From the IMG/VR virus record IMGVR_UViG_3300012347_000104, positions 8,513-72,512 of that record: a stretch of 64,000 nt of DNA. One strand, written 5' to 3'. Source of the stretch: a virus (lineage: Duplodnaviria > Caudoviricetes). Below are positions 43,894 through 52,121 of the stretch, one piece after another. The first letter of the stretch is position 1; each line of letters begins with the position of its first letter. The position numbers and the translations under genes were made by a program. The notes under the pieces were generated by a model. It saw nothing but the letters and a program-made list of their open reading frames with translations. It ran no database searches and was not told the DNA's origin.

Positions 43894-44327
43894 TTATCTC
43901 TGTAATATTGCCCACATGTCAAGTTTGTGTTTCATGTCTTCTGCTTTTCTTTCAGCGGTTTGACGGTCTTTGATTGCTTGGTCTTTAAGATACTCGGCTG
44001 TTGTGATTTCTTGTTTCAATTCAGCAAATACATCCATGATAGTTCTTGCTTGTAGGTTCTTAATTTCTTTCTGGTCTTGCGCTGACATAAAATGCAAGTG
44101 CTCAATCTCACCTTCAAGATGACTGATATACTGTCCGGGATGGTAATCACACCCGTTCACTATGCTACGAAAATTACAGAATGTATCATCCATACCTGCA
44201 TACTCTAAGTCATCGATGATTGCACCTTTAGTGCGTTGCATGATTGTAGCAAGACGAACTCGCACAGGGTCCTCATCATAACGAATGATGTGGTCGATAA
44301 GTTCATTATCTGTTAAGTGATTCAAAT
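43894..44327 (-). CDS. Hypothetical coiled-coil protein
   Basis: Probable start MNLNHLTD after SD GGAG (track start 44358). Confidence 0.7.
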
Positions 44328-44333
44328 TCATTT

Positions 44334-44660
44334 TTAGCTCCATCGTAACATAAACCATTCGTAATCTTTGCTATCTCTAAAGAAAATCTGGTCTTCATAA
44401 GTGTGTACCCAACGTGACCATGCATCGGGGAATCTAGGCTGAGGTCCGAAGTTGTCAGTACACCATTCTTGTACCTCATTGTATTTTCTATGGTCAAAAT
44501 TTGCTTTGAACCAGTTAGCACGACTGAATTGATATTTAGGTTTCATAATCTTTGGTATGTAAGGTTCATAGTAGAAACCAAGTGTACATAGTTGTTTTTG
44601 TGCAGTCATCATTATCTCTTTGCACAAGTTTTCTTGGTAGGGGTGAAGTTTGTAATTCAT
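44334..44660 (-). CDS. LRW-family small protein
   Basis: VQEWCTDNFG; ends FRDSKDYEWFMLRWS. Confidence 0.8.
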   Translation of the reverse strand: MNYKLHPYQENLCKEIMMTAQKQLCTLGFYYEPYIPKIMKPKYQFSRANWFKANFDHRKYNEVQEWCTDNFGPQPRFPDAWSRWVHTYEDQIFFRDSKDYEWFMLRWS

Positions 44661-44944
44661 GACCACTTTAATGAAACATACATGAACAATGATTCATGTA
44701 AATTGTATGATGATGTATAGTGCATTGACGACCAGGGTACTGAACCTTCAAAACACTTTTCCTCGTTTTCTTCGCATTGTTTTTGTAGCCACGCATCTAG
44801 TGAATTGCTATGCACAGCAATAGTAAACCACTTGCTACCGTCAAACTCAGTTTCTTCGGTCACGGTGAATCTAGGTGCAGTTATAGAAGCTACACTCACT
44901 GTATGAGGGTACATACTAGAGATATCATTGTTTAAAATATTCAT
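44657..44944 (-). CDS. LRW-family small protein
   Basis: LDAWLQKQC; ends YVSLKWS. Confidence 0.75.
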   Translation of the reverse strand: MNILNNDISSMYPHTVSVASITAPRFTVTEETEFDGSKWFTIAVHSNSLDAWLQKQCEENEEKCFEGSVPWSSMHYTSSYNLHESLFMYVSLKWS

Positions 44945-45174
44945 AGCCACCTCAAACTAAAATGAATCGCATCTTCTTCTTTGTAAAAGTAGAAGTCCAT
45001 ATAATATGTTGTTGGATGAGTACTATACCTTGTACCGGATAAACCAAACTGCTCGATTGCCCAAGCACATGCTTCATTCCAATCGGTAATGATTCCACCT
45101 TTCTTCCAGGGGATGCGTACTCTAGTACCCCGCCAGTGTGAGGGTGTCTCTAATTTGCTGTCTAAGATTTTCAC
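44941..45174 (-). CDS. LRW-family small protein
   Basis: AWAIEQFG; ends FYKEEDAIHFSLRWL; probable GTG start at 45174. Confidence 0.8.
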   Translation of the reverse strand: MKILDSKLETPSHWRGTRVRIPWKKGGIITDWNEACAWAIEQFGLSGTRYSTHPTTYYMDFYFYKEEDAIHFSLRWL

Positions 45175-45175
45175 A

Positions 45176-45439
45176 TCAGCTCCAGCGAAGAATGAACCAA
45201 GCCTTTTGAGCCTCTGACTTGAATTCAATATAATTGCTATTGTATAAATTAACAGCACCGTACTCTGCTAACTTGTCCTCGAAACTATGAAGATGATCCA
45301 TCATGTCAGTACTATCTTCTATACCATCGCAGAAGTTACCAAACGCGGCAGCACCCGTAGGGTCATCAATTACGTCTAGTAATTTAATATCCGGCAGCTC
45401 GGAGGGTATCTTGGATTTGTTGTTTAAGATTTGCGTCAC
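45176..45439 (-). CDS. LRW-family small protein
   Basis: Ends FKSEAQKAWFILRWS. Confidence 0.75.
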   Translation of the reverse strand: MTQILNNKSKIPSELPDIKLLDVIDDPTGAAAFGNFCDGIEDSTDMMDHLHSFEDKLAEYGAVNLYNSNYIEFKSEAQKAWFILRWS

Positions 45440-46100
45440 GGTGAAACTTCAATGCCCATTGTTCTGGATTTATGTAATCAGTAATCATTGTAACTTGGGT
45501 CTGATTTAAAGTCTCTAGAAAACGGATACCACTGTCGCTACAATACAACATCCATGGACTTATTTTACCCGAACAGATACCGTGACACACTCGATTTGGG
45601 TTTGCGTACCGAAATACGTCATTGGGTTGAATTTCGGACAACTCTGCTAGGGTAGTACAATACTCTACACCTCGATAGATTGCATCATACGCATCTTCTT
45701 TGCGTAGGAACTCACATAAAAACTTATTATAAGTAGAATCAGTGTTCCAGTTGTCTAGTTTAATTTGCTGTTCAAGTAGCCAATCTACGTATCTAGGTAT
45801 ATTAATTACTTTTGAATCTACACAGTATGATCCGAACTTTGCAAACGCAATGTAATAAGGACTAGTAATGAATTCTTGGTAAGTTCTATTCTTAGACTTA
45901 CTCATGCTGTGCTTTTCATAGAATCTAACCCAACACTGGAATCCGATTCTATTTCCGGGATGTTCTTTATTAAGCCATCTACTTTTTCTCTCACATAGAT
46001 GACTTACTAAGGTACGTTCACGTGCAAACTCTTTCTTACAGAATTCACAGGAATACTTACTCGTTACCGAGGTCTCTTTCATACGCTCTAATGTCTTCAT
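45384..46100 (-). CDS. Hypothetical protein with N-terminal zinc finger
   Basis: CEFCKKEFARERTLVSHLC. Confidence 0.8.
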   Translation of the reverse strand: MKTLERMKETSVTSKYSCEFCKKEFARERTLVSHLCERKSRWLNKEHPGNRIGFQCWVRFYEKHSMSKSKNRTYQEFITSPYYIAFAKFGSYCVDSKVINIPRYVDWLLEQQIKLDNWNTDSTYNKFLCEFLRKEDAYDAIYRGVEYCTTLAELSEIQPNDVFRYANPNRVCHGICSGKISPWMLYCSDSGIRFLETLNQTQVTMITDYINPEQWALKFHRDANLKQQIQDTLRAAGY

Positions 46101-46653
46101 CTGTTACGGTTTGTGCTAATACTTCAATATCTGAAATTTTCAAATCAGGGAATCTTTTCGCAAGATAGACTTTTTTCTTGTGTTCTTCTACAAAGGCTTC
46201 ACTAATGAGTGCAAGTGATTCACTATCTGCTTTGGGATAAATCTTAGCATAGTATTCCTTAACGTCTTTGAGTTTGGGAGTTTCTTTTAGTGTTGCGACT
46301 TTGCTTGACAAGTGAGGGATCCATTGATGGAACTTCTTACCTAATCCGGGGCTTGCAGCACACAACATCAGCCATTGTAGTTTAGGATGCTTTTGTACAT
46401 ACTCATTGAAAAGATGCTTGTTAGCTGAATACTCAGTACTCATTACATAATAGCCCTGCACACCACCGTTGTCTTTAACTGCGCTCATCCAGTGAGTCAT
46501 CATGTAGGGAACAAACTTCTTTTGTTGCTCCTCTGTCATATTGTCGAGATAGTTGTAGTCTTTGCGATCCATAGCCGCAAGTGCTTCAAACAAGTCGAAG
46601 TCTTGCTTTTCTAGTTTCTCGTCTTTGGGGACTGCTGGTTTCTTTGTTGCCAT
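46057..46653 (-). CDS. Putative clamp loader small subunit (gp62-like)
   Basis: DLFEAL.A...KD.NY......K.F.PYM...WMS, N...F....H..LQW..L, G....HQWI pattern. Confidence 0.6.
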   Translation of the reverse strand: MATKKPAVPKDEKLEKQDFDLFEALAAMDRKDYNYLDNMTEEQQKKFVPYMMTHWMSAVKDNGGVQGYYVMSTEYSANKHLFNEYVQKHPKLQWLMLCAASPGLGKKFHQWIPHLSSKVATLKETPKLKDVKEYYAKIYPKADSESLALISEAFVEEHKKKVYLAKRFPDLKISDIEVLAQTVTDEDIRAYERDLGNE

Positions 46654-46654
46654 A

Positions 46655-47155
46655 TTACCAAGATTGCTGATAGTCTACAATTTCACAGTTACGACTAATC
46701 TCTTTGACAAAGTAAACGCATCGTGGTTTATCAGTATCATCAATCGGTACACACAAGAACTGACCGTTCTTTAGTCGAGGGGCGTACCAAGTCACATCAT
46801 GGTAAATATCTACAATCTCAATGTCTTGGAAACTAGGTCTAAATGCCGAGAGAGGATTGAATTCAAATGCCTTAAAACCTCTATCATTGATACTCGTAAG
46901 CGGTAATGTTTCTAAGTCTCCTACTTCTGGTTCGCCGATTAGAATCTGCCAATCTACTGGCATCTTGATAGTCTTGTCACCAATGCGTAACACGAGCGCG
47001 GGACTGTTAAATGATTCTAAAAAGATTAGTGGAATGTAATGATAGTCTACATTAGAAGGGGTACTATTGTCTAAGATAGCAAATCGCAAGTCATCTACTT
47101 CTTCGGGTAGTGTCTCAAGATTGTAGTATTGGTTGTCGAGGGTTAATATACGCAT
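46655..47155 (-). CDS. Hypothetical all-beta protein (possible Hint-like fold)
   Basis: 166 aa; beta-strand pattern; lacks the catalytic intein residues. Confidence 0.75.
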   Translation of the reverse strand: MRILTLDNQYYNLETLPEEVDDLRFAILDNSTPSNVDYHYIPLIFLESFNSPALVLRIGDKTIKMPVDWQILIGEPEVGDLETLPLTSINDRGFKAFEFNPLSAFRPSFQDIEIVDIYHDVTWYAPRLKNGQFLCVPIDDTDKPRCVYFVKEISRNCEIVDYQQSW

Positions 47156-47167
47156 AGTCTTATTGTA

Positions 47168-48655
47168 TCACTTATAATCAATTTTCTCTACGCTAAACGG
47201 GTAGTTAGCCTCTTTGTAGAAGGCTTTGCGTTGTGTCAAATGTCGTTTTGCGAATTTACAGGAACTCGTAATATCCCAGATTTGTACAAAGTCCTTATCT
47301 TCTGCCTTTCTAATACCTCTTCCAATAGACTGGATAACTCGAACAAAGCTCTTTCCGGGTTCCACAAGAACCAGATTGAAAATCCTAGGAATATTAATAC
47401 CCACAGCGGCCACACCATAAGTCGCCACAATAACCTTGTTAGTAGCTGTAGCCACTTCATCATACTGTTCCTTTCGTTCTGTCATGTCTGTGCCACCTGA
47501 CACAAAACTCACTTCATAATCTAATCTAGCTTTAGTAAACGCTTCACTAAGTCTAGTTTGAATCTCTCTGCCGGCTGCAACTCTGTCAACTAATATAAGA
47601 GTGTTACCGGTATCTTTAATCTTATCAAGCATTGTGCAAATCTTCACTAAACGCTTGTCGTCTTCTAGCAAGAACTTTAGCTCACTTTGGTAATTGCTGA
47701 ATTCTGTTTTGTCTTGCAATTGAACAATGTTTACGTGACACTGTGCAAGCACACCCATCTCTTGTAAAGTACTTGCTGAGAGTTTGTTGATAACATTACC
47801 TAACGACACATACAATGCTTGTGCTTCAAAGATAGCTTTAGGTATAGTTCCAGTCAATCCGAATCTGATTGGTATGTTACTCATCACGCCAGTTAACAAC
47901 TCTTTCAACACATCAGCTTTAGCCATGTGAACTTCGTCAACCATGACACAAACAACACCTTCAATAAATTCACCGATTGGAATCTCTGCTTCATCTGCTT
48001 TAGTCTTCTTCATCATGTTGCCAAGACTTTGCCATGTACAAATAGTATGTGTCTTACCATAGTCTTTTCTATCACCAAAGTATACACCAACGTCAAGACC
48101 CAAGTTGATATAGTCTGCTTCTGTTTGAACAACGAGACTTTTGTTCGGTACGATAACGATACTGCGACCATACTTCTCGACACTAGCTGATAACGCCGCA
48201 GTGATAAGAGTCTTACCTGCACCCGTAGCAATCTCTTGAATGGACTGTGGATTCTTTAAGAACTCATTGATAATCTCAATTTGATAGTCACGCAATACGA
48301 CAGGTTGTCCTGCGATAGGATGCTTATCAGGCCATACTTTGTGTGCGAATGTCTTCTCGGTTACTTCATCAAAGTTAAATGTAGTTGAATACTCACGCAA
48401 GTCTTCCAACTGAATGTCATATCCTGCATTGTCCAAGAAGGGTAGAATTTCTGGAAGTAAGTTAACATACGTACTGCCACCTAGACTAAAGAAACTAATC
48501 TTACCGTTCCATCTACCTAATCGGACACTCGGCAAATATCGTGCACCAGGCTTCTCGTATTCGAACTTCTTCATCAACGCTTTGCGGTCCCCTATTTCTA
48601 GTCCCTCAATTTTTACGTTGACTTCATCTCTGATAATTAGTTTACATTCTTTCAT
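47168..48655 (-). CDS. uvsW: UvsW-like SF2 DNA helicase
   Basis: RWNGKI, LRDYQ, IATGAGKT, MVDEVH, GLTGT, AAVGINIPRI, QSIGRGIR. Confidence 0.93.
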   Translation of the reverse strand: MKECKLIIRDEVNVKIEGLEIGDRKALMKKFEYEKPGARYLPSVRLGRWNGKISFFSLGGSTYVNLLPEILPFLDNAGYDIQLEDLREYSTTFNFDEVTEKTFAHKVWPDKHPIAGQPVVLRDYQIEIINEFLKNPQSIQEIATGAGKTLITAALSASVEKYGRSIVIVPNKSLVVQTEADYINLGLDVGVYFGDRKDYGKTHTICTWQSLGNMMKKTKADEAEIPIGEFIEGVVCVMVDEVHMAKADVLKELLTGVMSNIPIRFGLTGTIPKAIFEAQALYVSLGNVINKLSASTLQEMGVLAQCHVNIVQLQDKTEFSNYQSELKFLLEDDKRLVKICTMLDKIKDTGNTLILVDRVAAGREIQTRLSEAFTKARLDYEVSFVSGGTDMTERKEQYDEVATATNKVIVATYGVAAVGINIPRIFNLVLVEPGKSFVRVIQSIGRGIRKAEDKDFVQIWDITSSCKFAKRHLTQRKAFYKEANYPFSVEKIDYK

Positions 48656-49722
48656 TTAATCTCGATTGGTTTATTGTTTCCTAGGAAGATAGTCTTACAT
48701 CCACCTAGCTTTGACACTGATTGTCCGAATCCCCATAGAGCAGTGTTAATCACGACTGGGAATTCATATTTAGTTTGATTGATACGCTCTGCAACCGTAT
48801 TTCGTTTTAGTAAGTCTACTTCGATTTTGTTCTGCTTTAGCAAAGACTGTAGTTCACTTATATGCGTGGAACTGTTATTTTTGAATGTTTCTAGAATCAA
48901 CACGTAATCGCATTTGATGCCTACTAAGTATCTCACTAGAGTGCCAATGTCTGACAGATTGATAACATTATTGTACGTTGTAGCAAAGTCTATTAACTTA
49001 AACCCTTCATCTGTATTCCAAAGCTCTTCGGCTGCGTCTACTAATATTGATTCATCAATCGTTACACCGGCAGCAGTTAGTCTGGCTAATGTTGCAGTGT
49101 CAGCATCCAGTGTGATATGTTTTAACGCTTCGTCTATTACATGATTTGTGCAAGCAATCATATAATTTCCATTGACTTTAACGTATGTAGGGTCCCAACA
49201 AGTTGCTTCTTCTAAGTCAGCAAAATCATTAATCACTGATTTTGAAATATCACAATAGTTAACTGCAGGATAATTTTTATCTAAACACTCAATCACGTGC
49301 TTTAAGGTATACTCACAGTATACAGTAGTCCACAGTCGTTGCTCTTTATTCCAAGTTACTGGAATTTTAGAATCTTTGATTTGATTGATGAACTCTTTTT
49401 TAAAAGGACTTCTTATCTCAATGACATTATCATTTACAGTACAATAGGCGTCGGTGTATTCAGGTAAACTTTCTACTGGTGTAGAATGCCAAAGTAAGTT
49501 AACCATCTCATTGGCATCAATCTCTTGCTTTCTTAATTGTTTTTCATAACGCAGGGTTATTTTGTTTAACAATGCCGATTGATTAGTAGTTACCGGGGAC
49601 TTTTTAGTAGCCTGAATTACTTGAAGACTTGTTAGGAAGCGGCGGTCGTATGTTCCTAAACTAATGTTTTGCAACAGGTAATATACTAATTGTTCTTTTG
49701 TGTTTGGCTTCACGTTTGTCAT
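48652..49722 (-). CDS. Hypothetical protein (possible HARP-like domain)
   Basis: 356 aa, ATGA-coupled to uvsW. Confidence 0.8.
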   Translation of the reverse strand: MTNVKPNTKEQLVYYLLQNISLGTYDRRFLTSLQVIQATKKSPVTTNQSALLNKITLRYEKQLRKQEIDANEMVNLLWHSTPVESLPEYTDAYCTVNDNVIEIRSPFKKEFINQIKDSKIPVTWNKEQRLWTTVYCEYTLKHVIECLDKNYPAVNYCDISKSVINDFADLEEATCWDPTYVKVNGNYMIACTNHVIDEALKHITLDADTATLARLTAAGVTIDESILVDAAEELWNTDEGFKLIDFATTYNNVINLSDIGTLVRYLVGIKCDYVLILETFKNNSSTHISELQSLLKQNKIEVDLLKRNTVAERINQTKYEFPVVINTALWGFGQSVSKLGGCKTIFLGNNKPIEIK

Positions 49723-49728
49723 TCAAAC

Positions 49729-49757
49729 ATTATACTACGTGTGTTCACAAAAAGCAA
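49729..49757 (-). promoter_or_regulatory. Sigma70-type promoter heading the uvsW operon
   Basis: TTGCTT-N17-TATAAT, ATG 6 nt after the -10 element. Confidence 0.75.
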
Positions 49758-49771
49758 CAACAAAGGACAAG

Positions 49772-49794
49772 AAAGGGGACCTAAGTCCCCTTTT
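49772..49794. terminator. Intrinsic terminator
   Basis: AAAGGGGAC-CTAA-GTCCCCTTT. Confidence 0.8.
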
Positions 49795-49795
49795 A

Positions 49796-49906
49796 TTATT
49801 TGTTGAAAATTCGTTTTACCTTGAATCCCTGTTCATATAGTTCATCAGCTTCATCCTGACTGAAACAATCAAACAAGAACAAATCACCATCATAAATTTC
49901 AAACAT
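49796..49906 (-). CDS. Small hypothetical protein (36 aa)
   Basis: Hand-translated MFEIYDGDLFLFDCFSQDEADELYEQGFKVKRIFNK with SD GGAG. Confidence 0.65.
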   Translation of the reverse strand: MFEIYDGDLFLFDCFSQDEADELYEQGFKVKRIFNK

Positions 49907-49908
49907 AG

Positions 49909-50163
49909 TTACTCCAACAAAAGAACCGTTCGGTTCACATGGTTACAATGACAGCAGTACCGTTGACGATACCGCGCTCTTTTACTGAACGTACTGTGCC
50001 ACGGAGTGTGGCTACCTAGTTCAGCATCCTGCCAGCGAGTCCAGTTATGAATGCCGATTCGACACCACCAACTGGACACTAGAAGCTCCTCGTCCTTCAA
50101 TGCACGAATTGTATTTCTATGCTCATTCATCACGCAATTTGTCAAAGATACGTTCACGCTCAA
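49909..50163 (-). CDS. Small Cys/His zinc-ribbon protein
   Basis: WWCRIGIHNWT...RYCCHCN; resembles 39443-39661. Confidence 0.7.
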   Translation of the reverse strand: MSVNVSLTNCVMNEHRNTIRALKDEELLVSSWWCRIGIHNWTRWQDAELGSHTPWHSTFSKRARYRQRYCCHCNHVNRTVLLLE

Positions 50164-50461
50164 CTAAGAAACATTCAAACGCTGCCTTGACAATGTTGTA
50201 AAAGAAGGTAAACACTGCAAGCCAGAAACCGGATGCTCCGATAAGTTGGACTGTCTCTTTACTTTCAATCAACCAAGCAGATAACAATAGTGTCACTAGC
50301 AAGGTAATCAATGAGAGAATAAGAAATCCGGCGATAGCAAAGAATGAATCAGGGGCACCCTTCTTCAATTCATATCTGAAATTTTCAGCGAGGTTGAAAC
50401 AACCTCCGAAGATTCGCATAAAGCACCATTTGAAAAATGCTAGATACATACGCCAATTCAT
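50123..50461 (-). CDS. Two-helix membrane protein
   Basis: FFAIAGFLILSLITLLVTLLLSAWLI and LIGASGFWLAVFTFFYNIV hydrophobic helices. Confidence 0.75.
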   Translation of the reverse strand: MNWRMYLAFFKWCFMRIFGGCFNLAENFRYELKKGAPDSFFAIAGFLILSLITLLVTLLLSAWLIESKETVQLIGASGFWLAVFTFFYNIVKAAFECFLVERERIFDKLRDE

Positions 50462-50464
50462 GCG

Positions 50465-50647
50465 TTACGCTCCATAGTAGTGCTGCTCGTCTGGGTGATC
50501 CTGCTCGGCAAGTTCAGGGGTATTCCAAACGTTTCGTGCTTGCCATTCTTTGACTTTTGCCAAACGCTCCTCGTCTGTCATTTCGTGACAGCGTGGATTA
50601 CGATCCGATTGGCGAAGCATTTCTACACCTCGTTTAAATATATTCAT
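50465..50647 (-). CDS. Hypothetical protein
   Basis: 60-aa ORF in the gene run. Confidence 0.65.
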   Translation of the reverse strand: MNIFKRGVEMLRQSDRNPRCHEMTDEERLAKVKEWQARNVWNTPELAEQDHPDEQHYYGA

Positions 50648-50756
50648 AGCTTTACCTGATTAGTAAACACCCGATACATGAATAGCATCATGCACATTGC
50701 TAACATCGGGACTGATAACACTAAAAGAGTGTCAATATTTTCTAACAACCAATTCA

Positions 50757-51776
50757 TCATGCACCTTTCATACAAGTTGCTTTAGCAAGTTCGCGCCAGT
50801 TAGTGCTAATCTTCACGAGGTCAGCAATCTTCAAGCACATACGCAAGGACACTTCACGTAATTTAGAATGATTAGCTTCGATAAACTGCATCACTTCGTC
50901 AGTTTGAACTTGGTCAAAGTCATAGTCAGCAAACAAGCCGCCGTCAGCATCACGATGCACTTGCTTGATACGCAACATTTTGTCACGCTCAGTATCAACA
51001 GTCAGGTCCAAGAAGTGACTACGTGATTGGAGAGCATCCAAGTGAGGTGTCATCTTGCTTGCTTTTTTGCTATCGAAAGTTTTGTTTGTAATGAAGATGA
51101 TTGAACCTTCAAAGTTGAAAGTGTTTGGCACACCCTCGTCACGCAACAAACGACTATCTTTGTTCCAAGAGATACGGCGAGTCTTACCTGAATCGAGGGC
51201 ACCTTTGAGAACGTTAACTGCATCTTGGTCATCCCAAATGTCACAGTCGTCAAACACGAGAACGTTTTTCTTGTCAGAGAATTTGTAGAGTTTTGCGAAC
51301 AAGCCGATGCCTGACATTGCACCTTTGACAATCTCAAAGCGAGGACGCTTGCCTTGAATCTTATCAAACATAGATGCTTTTTCCATCTGTGTGATAACAC
51401 CGTGTGACTTACCGATACCTGCAGGACCTGTCACAATCATAGCACGAATGTCGCCTGCAATACAGGCACGAGACATTTCATCAAGCACTGCGAATCGTGA
51501 GGCAATACGATCCATTGCTTCTTCTTCTGTTTCTTTTTGTGTCACTTTTACTTCATCATTGGCTGAATGTGTAGCGTCAGTCACATATTCAATTTGTTCA
51601 ATGTTGTCAACTAACACGCGCACATCTTCAATGTCAATATTGAATTGACCTTCATTCTTTACAGTGATATAACCACCTTTAGCACCTAGTTGATAACCTT
51701 TCACAAGTGTGAAAGTTTGATTGATAACTGGCTGTTTACGATATGAACCTGAACGAACGAGAACTGTGCTTGACAT
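50757..51776 (-). CDS. P-loop/AAA+ ATPase of unknown function
   Basis: Walker A IVTGPAGIGKS, Walker B VLVFDDCD, IIFITN, LQSRS arginine-finger-like segment. Confidence 0.85.
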   Translation of the reverse strand: MSSTVLVRSGSYRKQPVINQTFTLVKGYQLGAKGGYITVKNEGQFNIDIEDVRVLVDNIEQIEYVTDATHSANDEVKVTQKETEEEAMDRIASRFAVLDEMSRACIAGDIRAMIVTGPAGIGKSHGVITQMEKASMFDKIQGKRPRFEIVKGAMSGIGLFAKLYKFSDKKNVLVFDDCDIWDDQDAVNVLKGALDSGKTRRISWNKDSRLLRDEGVPNTFNFEGSIIFITNKTFDSKKASKMTPHLDALQSRSHFLDLTVDTERDKMLRIKQVHRDADGGLFADYDFDQVQTDEVMQFIEANHSKLREVSLRMCLKIADLVKISTNWRELAKATCMKGA

Positions 51777-51809
51777 GTGATTTCCTGTACTTTGTGACTT
51801 AAAGATGTT

Positions 51810-51838
51810 ATTATATACCCGAAACGATTAATTGTCAA
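51810..51838 (-). promoter_or_regulatory. Sigma70 consensus early promoter
   Basis: TTGACA-N17-TATAAT. Confidence 0.9.
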
Positions 51839-52059
51839 GCCGCAAATTCGGGCAGTACAACCTCGCGGGCTTGTAGGATCAAGTCGCGGACAGCTTCACG
51901 GTCTACTGAATCTTCACAGAATTCAACACCACGTGCCTCGCAACGCATTTTATGGATTGCAGTAGCAATGTTGACTTGGATTTCGTTGAAATTGAACTCG
52001 GGATAAAGTTCGCTCTCGGGACCATAGAAACTCATAACATAGCTAGTGAATTCTGACAT
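51835..52059 (-). CDS. Hypothetical protein
   Basis: Probable start MSEFTSY after SD AAGGA (track start 52101). Confidence 0.7.
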   Translation of the reverse strand: MSEFTSYVMSFYGPESELYPEFNFNEIQVNIATAIHKMRCEARGVEFCEDSVDREAVRDLILQAREVVLPEFAA

Positions 52060-52092
52060 AATGTTCCTTGTTTTGTTGCTGTCTAAGTATCT

Positions 52093-52121
52093 ATTATACA
52101 ACCAAAACCATTTATTGTCAA
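52093..52121 (-). promoter_or_regulatory. Sigma70 consensus early promoter
   Basis: TTGACA-N17-TATAAT. Confidence 0.9.

Larger units (their letters stand above)
39649..45439 (-). repeat. Tandem array of about 18 paralogous small genes with C-terminal F-x-L-R-W motif
   Basis: See individual CDS entries; shared W(C/L)..(F/I)G and F...(D/E)A..F.LRW motifs. Confidence 0.85.

Noticed and set aside
39649-45439. Array as a CRISPR array or integron
   Set aside because: The repeats are at the protein level with only a degenerate ~15-nt junction. There are no equal-length spacers, attC-like palindromes, cas genes or integrase in the window.
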